DNA of 64,000 nt. It comes from Elusimicrobiota bacterium. Its GTDB lineage: Bacteria > Elusimicrobiota > Elusimicrobia > UBA1565 > UBA9628. Under the pieces are notes generated by a model, which was not told where the DNA came from, did no database searches, and was given only the letters and a program-made list of their open reading frames with translations. Position 1 is the stretch's first letter. The number at the start of each line of letters is the position of its first letter. This document shows positions 25,604 to 35,035 of this stretch, piece by piece. The DNA lies in the NCBI GenBank assembly GCA_031423795.1, contig JANPGH010000015.1, positions 28,006-92,005 of the forward strand. The letters are read 5' to 3'. The translations under genes and the position numbers were made by a program.

Positions 25604-28003
25604 GTGAAACGGTGCGCGGTGATCCACGGCCACTTTTACCAGCCCCCGCGGGAAAATCCCTGGACCGGTGCGGTTGAACGCCAACCTTCCGCCGGTCTCG
25701 ATCATGACTGGAACGCGCGCATTGCCCGCGAATGCTATCTTCCCAACGGCGAAGCGCGGGTGATGGACGCCGAGGGTAGTATCATCGACGTCGTCGATAA
25801 TTATGCGTGGCTGTCGTTCAATTTCGGACCGACCTTGTTGGCCTGGCTGGAAACAGCACAGCCGCGAGCCTACGCGCGGCTGATTGCGGCCGACCGCGAG
25901 AGCGCGGCTCGGCTTGACGGTCACGGCAATGCGATCGCCCAGGCCTATCACCACACGATCCTGCCGCTGGCCCATCCTCGTGACCGTTTGACGGAGATAC
26001 GCTGGGGCCTTAGTGACTTTGAAAAGCGCTTCGGACGGAAATCCGAGGGAATGTGGCTGCCCGAGTGCGCAGCCGACGACGCTACCTTGGCAGCGGTCGC
26101 CGCGGAAGGTGTCGCGTTTGTGATTTTGGAACCAAAGCAGGCGCAAGGCGTGCGGCCATTGCGCGGCGGAGACTGGACCCCCGCCGGGGATGGCCTTAAC
26201 CCCGGGCAACCGTATCTATGGCGCGGACCGCAGAGCCAGTCGCTGGCGGTTTTCTTTTATGACGGACCGTCGTCGCGAACGGTTGCTTTCGAAGGGGCAA
26301 TGCGCGACAGCCGCGCCTACGCCGATCGCCTGGCGGCACTCGTGCCCCCGGCGGCGGAAGACGGGCTGGCGCTGGTCGCGACCGACGGCGAGAGCTACGG
26401 TCACCATGCTCCGTTCGCGGAAATGGGCCTGGCGCATCTCCTGCGGTACGCGCTCAAAGAGAAGGGTTTGGAACCGGTGAACCTGGGTTGGTATTTGGCG
26501 CAGCATCCGCCGCGTTTCGAGGTGAAGCTTAAGGCCGGAGGCACTTCCTGGAGCTGCGCGCACGGTATCGAGCGCTGGCGATCGGATTGTGGCTGTGGCG
26601 CCGAGGGCGGGCGTCATCAACGTTGGCGCGCGCCGCTACGCGCGGCGCTCGAGGGTCTGCGCGACCGCTTGTCCGATGTGTACGAACAAAAATCGAAGAG
26701 CGTGCTGAACGATCCCTGGGCCGCGCGCGACGCGTACGTCACCGTCGCCATAGATAGATCCGATGATGTCTTGGCACGATTCATGGCGTCGTTCGCCCCC
26801 GACGTGTATGATGCGCCGGGCAGGACCCATGTGCTGCGCTTGATGGAAATGCAGCGCTATGCGCTGATGATGTTCACCAGCTGCGGATGGTTTTTCGACG
26901 AAGTCTCGCGTTTGGAACCCACCCAAATTCTTCTTTATGCCGCACGCGCCATCGAACTGGCGCGTGATTTGGGCGTCGACCTCGAATCCGACTTCGTCAC
27001 GGCGCTGGCCCAGGTTCCCAGCAACGATCCGCAGATCCACGACGGCGCCGGCGTCTGGGAACGGCTCGTCAACCCGGAAATTCAGACACGCGACCATGTC
27101 GCGGCGCATTTTGCCGTTTCCCTTCTTTTCGACAAAAAGCCTTCGACTCGGGTGCAGGGCCGGACGGTTCGCGTCGAGAGTTTCTCCCGCCGCGGTGAGC
27201 GTAACGCGACAGTTGCCGCTGGTCGAGCGCGTTTTGTCGAGCCGGGCACACGCGATGAATGGACGCGCTCTTTTTTTGCAGCCGTGCTTCCAGGCCAACG
27301 TGTTCAAGCTTATGTGTGCGAAAGAGAAATCCCAGAGTCGAGTTTCGAAGGCCTGCTGGCCGACGCCGCCCGCGGGACGAACTTAGCCGGACTGCCCGCT
27401 GGCCGGCATTTCGCGCTGCGGGATTTGCGACCGGACGAGCGCGAGAAAATCCTCGGGCTGGTCTTACAGGGGCGGCTGCATCGATGGGAGTCACGAGCGC
27501 TGGAGTATTTGGAGGAGACCCTGCCGCTCGTCGAGCAGTATCGCGGGCTCGGTCTTTCCCTTCCCGTGAACCTCGGCGAGGAAGCGCGCCTAGTCTTGGG
27601 ACATTTACTCGCCTATTTTGCCGGGCGTTTCGCCGAAGGCGACATGGCGGCGCTCGCGGATTATCTCGCCGCGTTAAGACGCGGGCGCGCGGTCGGGATC
27701 AATCCGTCGACGGACGGCATGGAGTTGTCTTGGGAACAGGGTCTATCGCGACTCCTCACTGAACTTGAGCGCGACTGGTCCCTTGAAGCCCTCAAGCGGC
27801 TCGGTGATGCGGTGGAACTCGCTGCGGAAGCGGGCTTCGACCATTGGCGGCCGGCTGTACAGACCCGATTTTTTCGTATATGGCAATCGCGGCCGTCCGC
27901 GGAGTCGATGTCGTCGGCCGCACGACGCGCAGCGACGGCGCTAGGAATCGCGGTGACTCAGCCCAATGACAGCGCCGCACCGGCGTACACTACGGCTAAG
28001 TAA
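25604..28003 (+). CDS. glycoside hydrolase family 57 protein with DUF3536-type C-terminal region
   Basis: N-terminal GH57 signature VIHGHFYQPPRENPW, ...GESYGHH, and a long helical C-terminal region. The ORF-track start 25475 is replaced by GTG 25604 just before the conserved N-terminus. Confidence 0.85.
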   Translation: MKRCAVIHGHFYQPPRENPWTGAVERQPSAGLDHDWNARIARECYLPNGEARVMDAEGSIIDVVDNYAWLSFNFGPTLLAWLETAQPRAYARLIAADRESAARLDGHGNAIAQAYHHTILPLAHPRDRLTEIRWGLSDFEKRFGRKSEGMWLPECAADDATLAAVAAEGVAFVILEPKQAQGVRPLRGGDWTPAGDGLNPGQPYLWRGPQSQSLAVFFYDGPSSRTVAFEGAMRDSRAYADRLAALVPPAAEDGLALVATDGESYGHHAPFAEMGLAHLLRYALKEKGLEPVNLGWYLAQHPPRFEVKLKAGGTSWSCAHGIERWRSDCGCGAEGGRHQRWRAPLRAALEGLRDRLSDVYEQKSKSVLNDPWAARDAYVTVAIDRSDDVLARFMASFAPDVYDAPGRTHVLRLMEMQRYALMMFTSCGWFFDEVSRLEPTQILLYAARAIELARDLGVDLESDFVTALAQVPSNDPQIHDGAGVWERLVNPEIQTRDHVAAHFAVSLLFDKKPSTRVQGRTVRVESFSRRGERNATVAAGRARFVEPGTRDEWTRSFFAAVLPGQRVQAYVCEREIPESSFEGLLADAARGTNLAGLPAGRHFALRDLRPDEREKILGLVLQGRLHRWESRALEYLEETLPLVEQYRGLGLSLPVNLGEEARLVLGHLLAYFAGRFAEGDMAALADYLAALRRGRAVGINPSTDGMELSWEQGLSRLLTELERDWSLEALKRLGDAVELAAEAGFDHWRPAVQTRFFRIWQSRPSAESMSSAARRAATALGIAVTQPNDSAAPAYTTAK

Positions 28004-28332
28004 GCCCAAAATCCGATCATCAAGAAGTGGATAAGTGTGTTCTGACGATTGTCGCGCCACAGCTTTGAATCGTAGACGAACAATTGAAAGTAAAGACGTG
28101 TCAGCCAAAAAGCGGCGATTCCCCACAACACGATGCGCGACAGTCTAGTTGGTTCGAGTAAGACGCCGGTCGCGAAGGCGGAAAGAGTTCCGAGCATGGC
28201 GACGACCAGAGCGATAAAGAAAGTGCCAATAAAATTAAGGCGGCGCCCGCCGTGCGTAAATGAAAGGCTGGGTTCAGCATTTGGCTCTGCGCAATGTGAA
28301 TTGAAGCACGAAGGGTGTCGCACGACGCACAT
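27958..28332 (-). CDS. small integral membrane protein (unknown function)
   Basis: 124-aa ORF with 3 hydrophobic helices, last gene of the minus-strand operon. The start is uncertain: ATG 28332 overlaps the methyltransferase gene by 59 nt, and ATG 28197 would cut a helix. Confidence 0.5.
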   Translation of the reverse strand: MCVVRHPSCFNSHCAEPNAEPSLSFTHGGRRLNFIGTFFIALVVAMLGTLSAFATGVLLEPTRLSRIVLWGIAAFWLTRLYFQLFVYDSKLWRDNRQNTLIHFLMIGFWAYLAVVYAGAALSLG

Positions 28333-29035
28333 CTTCTATTTCCAAACCCGAGGCGGCAAACGTGCTCTCCCAAGTGCGACGGCCGAGAAAATGGAGGAAA
28401 CCGGGACCGTACGCAAGGAAGTTCGCGAAATCTCGCACATGTTCGACGATGATCGCTCGGCCCGTGGGACGCAAAATGCGCGACAGTTCTCTGAAGAACG
28501 CTTCGCGGTCACAGTCGCGGCGAATCTCATGCGCGGCGAATACGAACGCGGCAACGTCGACGCTATCCGCGGCGAGTGGTATTTTTTCGGTGGAAATTGC
28601 AATCGTCCCGGGATAGGGTGTGGCCAGCCGCCGGGCGCGGGCGATCGATGGCGCGGTATGTAAGCTCGGGTCGTAGAAATCAAAAACATTTACCCGTGCA
28701 CTTGGGAATCGGCTAACGACCGCCTCGGTCGCCGAATCCTCGCCGGCGTGAAAGATCGCGACATCTTGCGCCTGCTCCGCGGTTATTGCGTCTAGCCATG
28801 ATCCGCGCGAAAGCGCGGAACGATCGTACACATAATGTGAGATGGCAAGCGAAGAGAGCGTCCATGCGGTGGCGACCGCCAGACCGAGCAGCGCATATTC
28901 CCGCAGAATTGGGAAACGCGCGCCCCAGCGCGCGCAACCCGCGATCGTGACGACATATACCAGGGCGGCAAGCAGGTACCACGGGTAGTTGTAGCGTACG
29001 ATCTTAATCATGCCCGCGTAATCGTTCAAATTCAT
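28274..29035 (-). CDS. membrane-anchored class I SAM-dependent methyltransferase
   Basis: Two N-terminal TM helices, then a Methyltransf_11-like core (DVAIFHAGED, ADSVDVAAFVFAAHEI, LRPTGRAIIVEH). ATG 29035 forms an ATGA overlap with the DUF2071 stop. Confidence 0.75.
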   Translation of the reverse strand: MNLNDYAGMIKIVRYNYPWYLLAALVYVVTIAGCARWGARFPILREYALLGLAVATAWTLSSLAISHYVYDRSALSRGSWLDAITAEQAQDVAIFHAGEDSATEAVVSRFPSARVNVFDFYDPSLHTAPSIARARRLATPYPGTIAISTEKIPLAADSVDVAAFVFAAHEIRRDCDREAFFRELSRILRPTGRAIIVEHVRDFANFLAYGPGFLHFLGRRTWESTFAASGLEIEDVRRATPFVLQFTLRRAKC

Positions 29036-29793
29036 CGTGCCCGTGATGGCAGGGGATATACGTGTCCCGGTTCCCAACGATAGGGAATATTCTCGACCCA
29101 AAATGCGTTGGCCAGTCGTATGGGTGTGCCGCCGAACGCAGGCCCTTCCAGATAGCGGCATTCGGCGATCTCGACGCTAACTGGCTGGGGATCCCAATCC
29201 TGGCGTACGCCTTGAATCGCGACGATCGAATGGGTCTCATGCTCGTAATCGAACGTAAATGGCAAGGGACCCGAGAAATGCCGGGCGGTGGTCAAATCGG
29301 GGAAAGGCGAACCCTGGGGCGCAGATGCTGGACGGTCGAAAATCGCGCGGACGGTTAGATCGGCCTCGCCGGAATCCGTCTTGATCTCAACGATCATGTC
29401 TTTTTCGCCGCGACGCGTCATCGCTCGGCACAGGTGATAATTGTAATGCGTGAGCAGATTTCCGGCGGCGACCATGGTTCGGCTATCCGTGTCGCTGCGC
29501 AAGATTTTCAAGCCGCGCAAAATTTTGTCGTCCGGCAGGGTGAAACGGGTGAATATACGGTAGCCGGTCAAAAAGAAGTCTCGCCCCAGCAAGCTCGGCA
29601 TTCCGACAGGGCGCAGGCCGCGGGTTTGGACCATAGCTATGGCCACGAAGCCGTCGCCGTGGTATGCGTCCAATTCTAAACCCGGCGGCAGCAACGGGCG
29701 CAGCACGGACTCGGGATACGCGAAAGTCAGGACCAACGAAAAATTAAAATGAGCCTGGATCGCAATCGGATGGCGGCGTAAGGAGGCAAGCAT
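29032..29793 (-). CDS. DUF2071 family protein
   Basis: 253 aa. N-terminal pattern AHFNFSLVLTFAYPESVLRPLLPPGLELDAYHGDGFVAIAMVQ typical of DUF2071. Confidence 0.7.
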   Translation of the reverse strand: MLASLRRHPIAIQAHFNFSLVLTFAYPESVLRPLLPPGLELDAYHGDGFVAIAMVQTRGLRPVGMPSLLGRDFFLTGYRIFTRFTLPDDKILRGLKILRSDTDSRTMVAAGNLLTHYNYHLCRAMTRRGEKDMIVEIKTDSGEADLTVRAIFDRPASAPQGSPFPDLTTARHFSGPLPFTFDYEHETHSIVAIQGVRQDWDPQPVSVEIAECRYLEGPAFGGTPIRLANAFWVENIPYRWEPGHVYPLPSRAR

Positions 29794-29794
29794 T

Positions 29795-30157
29795 TCAATG
29801 ATTGCGCACAGCCGCCCACCACGCCAACGTTAGGAAAATCGTGTTTGCCACGGCCATCGCCAGCGGTGCGAGCAGAAGATCTCGAGCGCGCATCAATTCG
29901 AAGACGTTCATGACGACGAGGAGAACGGTTTGAGTCAACGCGCACAGCGGAGCTTGGACGCCGCTTAGAATCCACAGACCGATGACGACTTCGACGGCGC
30001 CGACGGCGTACGTCACTGGGCTTGCCCAGCGTTCGCCGACTACTCGGGCGACGATCATCCGATGCCGAGGCACGGCACCCAACAATTTGCACGCCAGACC
30101 ATGGGCCAGCCAAACACCGGCCAAGAAATACTTCGCGATAGCGGCGATCGCAATCAC
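29795..30157 (-). CDS. DoxX-like family membrane protein
   Basis: 120 aa, four hydrophobic helices. FLAGVWLAHGLACKLLG motif. ATGA overlap with the AI-2E gene stop. Confidence 0.65.
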   Translation of the reverse strand: MIAIAAIAKYFLAGVWLAHGLACKLLGAVPRHRMIVARVVGERWASPVTYAVGAVEVVIGLWILSGVQAPLCALTQTVLLVVMNVFELMRARDLLLAPLAMAVANTIFLTLAWWAAVRNH

Positions 30158-31179
30158 GACGCGCGCGGCGACGGAATGATTTTAAGCTCCTCACGGAAGT
30201 AATAAACCAACGCCGGAGCCAGGATCACGCCGGTCACGCCCATCAACGCTTCGCCCACGATCAAGCCGATAAGCGTGATCCACATCGGCGTCGAAATGGC
30301 GCTGCCGACGATCCGGCTATTGAGGAAATACTCCGCCTTGTGGATGATGACGAGGAAAATCAAGGCGGTCACGGCCATTTGCTCGGACACGGTGAGTGCT
30401 GCGGCCACGATCAACGAATTACTAATGATGTTGCCGGCGATTGGGATCATGCCGCAGATGAAGGTCGCCAGCGTTAGCATGGTTCGAAACGGGAGATGGG
30501 CCCCGAAGAGGAAAACCGCGGTGATGGCGGTATTAATTGCGGCGATCAGGACTTGGGCGCCCATAACGCGCTCGAAACTCGCCGCGACAAGCTTGAAGCG
30601 GTCGGTGCACTCGCGCAAGAACGTCTCATCCGGAGTTTCACGAAGCGACGGCGGGGCGGGATCCCATTGGAAAGCCAGGAGTGCCGCGCCGATGGCGACG
30701 ATCACCTGGAAAAATCCACGTGTGAGCAGCCGGCTCGTGGTCGTCAACGAACGGGCATTTTCCTTCACGTTTTCCATCAGCAATGCGCGCAGTTCCTGGA
30801 CGTTCTCAATGGGAAGGTCCAGGCCGAGCCGGCTCGAAATGGCGTCGATGCGGGGAAGCAGACGGTCTAATAAGACCGGAAGCCGCGATAAGCCGATCTG
30901 GATGAATGAGATGAAGATGAAAATAAGCAGGGCGGCGACGACGACAAAAATACCGATTGCGGACCATCGGGCGACGATAGGCTTCACCCCTGCCTGCCGC
31001 AGGCCTTTTTCCGCCTGATCAACGAGCATGTAGGAGAACAGGCCGGCGACAAGTGCTGCGCCGAGATTGCAGCGGACAATGACGAACAGGCCGACAATCA
31101 CCAACGCGTAGGAAATGCGGCGCGAAAGCGATACCGATGGGATCATCGGGCTGAGAATACTAATTTCGGGGGTCGCCAA
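30154..31179 (-). CDS. AI-2E family transporter (PerM-like)
   Basis: 341 aa, 7-8 TM segments. C-terminal conserved block MIPIAGNIISN...FLVIIHKAEYFLNSRIVG. Confidence 0.85.
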   Translation of the reverse strand: MATPEISILSPMIPSVSLSRRISYALVIVGLFVIVRCNLGAALVAGLFSYMLVDQAEKGLRQAGVKPIVARWSAIGIFVVVAALLIFIFISFIQIGLSRLPVLLDRLLPRIDAISSRLGLDLPIENVQELRALLMENVKENARSLTTTSRLLTRGFFQVIVAIGAALLAFQWDPAPPSLRETPDETFLRECTDRFKLVAASFERVMGAQVLIAAINTAITAVFLFGAHLPFRTMLTLATFICGMIPIAGNIISNSLIVAAALTVSEQMAVTALIFLVIIHKAEYFLNSRIVGSAISTPMWITLIGLIVGEALMGVTGVILAPALVYYFREELKIIPSPRAS

Positions 31180-31180
31180 C

Positions 31181-32086
31181 CTAGACGATCATCGCCAAAA
31201 ACACGTTGAAACGGCGCGCGAGATCGGCGACGAGTCCATGTATTCGCAGCGGTTCGCTGTAGACCTCGACCGGCCGCGACATGTCGACGCTTGCAATCGG
31301 GATGGTGAAACAAAAAGTCGCGCCGCAACCTTCCCAAGATTCCGCCCAGATTCGTCCGCCATGCAGATCCACCATCGCCCGAGCGAGTGTGAGGCCAAGC
31401 CCCGTGCCGCCGGTTTTCTTGACCCGCGATCCGGCGGCCTGCTCGAACAATCCAAACACGGCTTCGAGCTGGTCAATGGGTATGCCGCTGCCAGTGTCCT
31501 TGACTCGGAACATCAATGTACCTTCGTGTTCGCGACGGCCTTCGGTGACTCCGATCGTGATTATTCCGCGCGTTGGCGTGTGTCGAATCGCATTCGAGAT
31601 CAAGTTGATCAGGACTTGGATGACGCGCCGTCCTTCGGCTGAAATTCGGGGCAAAAGCGGTTTGACGTCTTTGACAATTTTAAGGCCTTTGGCGGTTGCC
31701 GCGGCATTCATCACGTCTGCAGCTTCGTCGACCAGCGCGCGGGCGTCAGCAGGCTCCTTGCGGATCGTCATTTTACCCGCCGCGATCTTGGAGTAGTCCA
31801 TGATATCGTCGACGAGCCCTTCGAGACGTTCGGTGTTGCGCAGAGCCAGAGACAGCATATGCTTTTCATTCATGTCGAGTTTCGCTGCCGTGTCTTCGGC
31901 CAAAACCTCGAGGCCCAGGCGGATCGATGTCACCGGAGCGCGTAGTTCATGCGCCAAATAGGCCGCTTGGACCTGATGCGCGGAGCGCGAGGCGGGTCGA
32001 CGCAAAGAGCTCGCGGGCGGCGAGGATACGTCCTCCCCCCCTCGGATCGCGAAGTCTTCCCACGACGGTTTTTGCGGTGAGTCCAT
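31181..32086 (-). CDS. cytoplasmic sensor histidine kinase (HisKA + HATPase_c only)
   Basis: H-box AYLAHELRAPVTSI. N-box LINLISNAIRHT. G1 VKDTGSGI. G2 GGTGLGLTL. No TM or sensor domain in the first ~45 aa. Confidence 0.88.
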   Translation of the reverse strand: MDSPQKPSWEDFAIRGGEDVSSPPASSLRRPASRSAHQVQAAYLAHELRAPVTSIRLGLEVLAEDTAAKLDMNEKHMLSLALRNTERLEGLVDDIMDYSKIAAGKMTIRKEPADARALVDEAADVMNAAATAKGLKIVKDVKPLLPRISAEGRRVIQVLINLISNAIRHTPTRGIITIGVTEGRREHEGTLMFRVKDTGSGIPIDQLEAVFGLFEQAAGSRVKKTGGTGLGLTLARAMVDLHGGRIWAESWEGCGATFCFTIPIASVDMSRPVEVYSEPLRIHGLVADLARRFNVFLAMIV

Positions 32087-32247
32087 GACTGATCACAGTT
32101 TAGGCACGGTCTGTTACAGCGCTATTACGGTTTGGGGGCCAATTCTAACTCCGTTTTGAACAGGGCGCAAGAGCCTGAGGATCGGGATTTGGGAAGGTCT
32201 CATGGCCCAGGCGTAGCGGGGTTTTGCGGGGTCAGAATCGATCATAG

Positions 32248-32273
32248 GGAACTTTTCCCGGGGATGCGACGTA
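32248..32273 (+). promoter_or_regulatory. candidate ECF-type (autoregulatory) promoter GGAAC-N17-CGTA
   Basis: GGAAC at 32248..32252 and CGTA at 32270..32273, 13 nt upstream of the sigma-factor ATG. Matches the generic ECF -35 GGAAC / -10 CGT pattern. Confidence 0.4.
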
Positions 32274-32286
32274 TACCGGGGGCGCC

Positions 32287-32829
32287 ATGCTGGAAACGCG
32301 AGAGTTGGAGAGATTGGTGACGCAAAGCGGTGATCGGGCGTATCGATTCGCCTACGCCTTGTGCGGTAACGATCCGGAAGCTCGGGAGCTGGTCCAAGAC
32401 GCCTTCACCCGGGTCTTTGAACGCGCAGAGCAATACGACTGTGCGTTGTCGCTCGAAACCTGGTTCTTGACGATTCTGAAGAGAATCTATTTCGACCGAA
32501 GGCGTTATTGCGCGCGGCGGCGCTCGTTGTCCCTCGATTCTCCGATCGGGGACGGAGGTTTGACGATTTCCGATACCATCGCTGACCCACAGGAAATCGC
32601 GATGCTCGATCGGTTGGAGCGCGACGAGGAGGTCGGGCGGGTCCGGCAAGCGTTGACGGAAATTCCGGTCGATTCACGGACGATCTTGATGATGGTTGAC
32701 GTTGAAGGAATGACTTACGAGAACGCGGCGCAAGTCTTGGGTTGTCCGTTGGGCACTGTGCGCTCACGCATGAGCCGAGCCCGCCAGATGTTGCGACGAC
32801 GGCTGTTGGGGACGGGGGTGGCGAAATGA
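32287..32829 (+). CDS. ECF-type RNA polymerase sigma-70 family factor
   Basis: 180 aa. Region 2 (DAFTRVFERAEQYD...WFLTILKRIYFD) and region 4 (MTYENAAQVLGCPLGTVRSRMSRARQML). Confidence 0.9.
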   Translation: MLETRELERLVTQSGDRAYRFAYALCGNDPEARELVQDAFTRVFERAEQYDCALSLETWFLTILKRIYFDRRRYCARRRSLSLDSPIGDGGLTISDTIADPQEIAMLDRLERDEEVGRVRQALTEIPVDSRTILMMVDVEGMTYENAAQVLGCPLGTVRSRMSRARQMLRRRLLGTGVAK

Positions 32830-33272
32830 GCGCGGATGAGGAGATGTTGACGGACTACTTGGATGGACGGATGAGCTCTGCGGCAAAAGCCGAATTTGAG
32901 AGGCGGCTGGGCGACGAACCGGTATTAGCGCATCGCGCGCGCTGGGCACAAGCGATGCGCCGGGCGCTTACGCTCGGTGTCCCCCCTCTGCCCGAGGATT
33001 TAAAGGCGAAACTGCTGGCGCAGGCGCGGCGTCATGTCCGCATCGAGGTCGAGGTGCCACTACGCGGATCGCTCTGGTCGGCGCTTTACGCGTCGCCGTG
33101 GACCTGGGGCGCCGGAGCGGCTTTCGCCGCCGCAGCACTTGCTGTCGTATTAAAATGCTCCTGGAAGCCGTGTTTACAATCTCGGGACATCGCCATTCGT
33201 GAGAAGTCGCCGACGCATCATCTCTCACCCGATCTATGGTCCGAAGATGACGGCCAAGACCATGACAAATAG
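32826..33272 (+). CDS. anti-sigma factor (single-pass membrane, non-zinc N-terminal anti-sigma domain)
   Basis: ATGA overlap with the sigma stop. N-terminal LTDYLDGRMSSAAKAEFERRL. One TM segment (WTWGAGAAFAAAALAVVL). Confidence 0.7.
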   Translation: MSADEEMLTDYLDGRMSSAAKAEFERRLGDEPVLAHRARWAQAMRRALTLGVPPLPEDLKAKLLAQARRHVRIEVEVPLRGSLWSALYASPWTWGAGAAFAAAALAVVLKCSWKPCLQSRDIAIREKSPTHHLSPDLWSEDDGQDHDK

Positions 33273-34176
33273 GTTCGTCTGGGTTTTTTTCTTTCTCACG
33301 GCTCCGGCAGGCGCCGCCCCGCGACGCGCGCCGCCGGTCGCCACGGAGCTCTTTGGCGCAGCGATCGCGACATCCTCCCGGACCACCGTGGAATTGGTCC
33401 GCGTGCAGTCGTTTGACCATAGCGGCAAGGCGAAGGCGCAATATTGGCAACGCAGCATGGGCCCGGAAGGTGTGCGCATCGAAGCGGCGGCCAAGCGCCA
33501 TGCTCCGCTGGCGCTGCTGGAAGTGATCAACTCCAAGAAAAGGATGCAAGCCTGGCCGCAGGCGGGTCGAGCGTGGATTGGTCCAGCCGTCGTTACGAAG
33601 GAGGACGTCGAGTTGACGATGTACGATCTTTCGGTTTCGACCGGTGGTCGGGTCGCGGGGCAGGCGACGTGGCGTCTCGACATGCGCTCCAAGGCCGACG
33701 GACGCGTGAGACGGTCGTGGTGGATCGGTAAAAAAGGCCCGCGCATATTGCGGCGAGAAGATTATCGCCGCAATGGAACCATCTTGCGACGTGAACGGGT
33801 TATCAAGACCGAGCAGACGCAGCTGGGCAAGGCCGCTTTTCTCGCTGAGGTCCCGGGCGGATTGGCCGTGTCGACGCGTCCTACGATATGGACGCCGATT
33901 GGGTACGTCCCGCTGGAAAGGTCCTGGGAAACGAGTCAGATTTATGGCGATGGATTGCGTCAAATCGTTCTTTCCGCCACGCGCGTGGATGTCGCCAAAT
34001 CGAGCGAGAAGCCCTATGCTGAAGTGCGTTTAACATCGAAGACGGTCGGTTTTTTCGATTCCGAGGACGGGACTCGATTGTCTTGGAGAAAGGATGGAGT
34101 CGATTTCACCCTGACCGGAGACGTTGCCGAGGCCGATCTCGCGCGCGTCGCTGATTCCGTCGCGAAAACTCCGTGA
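33247..34176 (+). CDS. exported RseB/MucB- or LolA-like protein (hypothetical)
   Basis: Signal peptide FVWVFFFLTAPAGAA. Position directly after the anti-sigma gene. Beta-rich composition. The family assignment is by context and weak resemblance only. Confidence 0.45.
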   Translation: MTAKTMTNRFVWVFFFLTAPAGAAPRRAPPVATELFGAAIATSSRTTVELVRVQSFDHSGKAKAQYWQRSMGPEGVRIEAAAKRHAPLALLEVINSKKRMQAWPQAGRAWIGPAVVTKEDVELTMYDLSVSTGGRVAGQATWRLDMRSKADGRVRRSWWIGKKGPRILRREDYRRNGTILRRERVIKTEQTQLGKAAFLAEVPGGLAVSTRPTIWTPIGYVPLERSWETSQIYGDGLRQIVLSATRVDVAKSSEKPYAEVRLTSKTVGFFDSEDGTRLSWRKDGVDFTLTGDVAEADLARVADSVAKTP

Positions 34177-34204
34177 CATCGGGCCGGACTGCTATAATGG
34201 CACC

Positions 34205-35026
34205 GTGCAAGCGAGAATAATTGCGCGCGGCGTGGCTTTCCTGGCGATCATGGCCATCTCCGGTTGTGACACCTATCATTTTCTCGCCGGAACTCTGCAG
34301 GACGATACGCACCGTCCGCTCGCGGCCGTCAGGAATTACGAGGCATTCCTTTCCTCCCGGCCATACGACCCCCGCGCATGTGAGGTCCGTTTGCGACTAG
34401 GCGAATTATATCGAGGCTGGGAGCGTTGCGACGATGCGCGCCGTCATTTTGAGGCGGCAGTCCGGGATTTTCCAAAGATGAACGAATGTGCGACCCGTGC
34501 GAAGCTGTCCGTGCTGTCCTGCCCGGACTATTTTCCATTGGATTTGGGCCGCGCCTGGGTGTACGCCGACAGCGCCAGCAAGGGGAAGGCGATGCGTTTG
34601 GACTGGGAAGTGCGCAAGTCCTCGGGACCTGGCGGCGGAGCGATCTCGACGGCACTCTTTGCGGGTAACCACCGTATTCGAGAAGCATCCGAGTCTTATG
34701 CGAAATCGGATTGGGCGGTGTGGCGCACCGACGGCGCGATTCGTGAGCCGTTCCTCAAATACCCGTTCCGGCAGGACCAGGCGTGGTCCGGACGGCGCGG
34801 AGGTGCTGCGGTCGATTGGCTGGTGATATCGACGACTCAGACCATCAAGGTCGCCGCGGGCGAATTTTCGAACTGCCTAAAGGTGCGCGAGTGGGATCGT
34901 CGTTTCCCGCGCACATGGCGATACGATTATTACTGCCCCGGGGTCGGGCGGGTCAAAACCACCGTCGGCGGTCCCGGTTTCGAGAACCCCAACACGGAGC
35001 TTCTCCGCTTTGATAAAATGAACTAA
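34205..35026 (+). CDS. hypothetical lipoprotein
   Basis: GTG 34205 gives a signal peptide with lipobox LAIMAISGC. 273 aa with no recognised domain beyond a TPR-like N-terminal helix pair. Confidence 0.55.
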   Translation: MQARIIARGVAFLAIMAISGCDTYHFLAGTLQDDTHRPLAAVRNYEAFLSSRPYDPRACEVRLRLGELYRGWERCDDARRHFEAAVRDFPKMNECATRAKLSVLSCPDYFPLDLGRAWVYADSASKGKAMRLDWEVRKSSGPGGGAISTALFAGNHRIREASESYAKSDWAVWRTDGAIREPFLKYPFRQDQAWSGRRGGAAVDWLVISTTQTIKVAAGEFSNCLKVREWDRRFPRTWRYDYYCPGVGRVKTTVGGPGFENPNTELLRFDKMN

Positions 35027-35035
35027 GGTCCCTAC

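Noticed and set aside
32097-32170. Two competing promoter candidates for the histidine-kinase operon: TAAACT-N10-ATG (32097..32102) and TTGCGC-N17-TAGAAT (32142..32170).
   Set aside because: Both fit sigma70 rules reasonably well and I cannot choose between them without TSS data, so neither is listed as a feature.
32087-32286. The largest intergenic region (200 nt), checked for a riboswitch or small RNA.
   Set aside because: I recognise no conserved riboswitch motif or convincing stem-loop series. It is adequately explained as a divergent promoter region.
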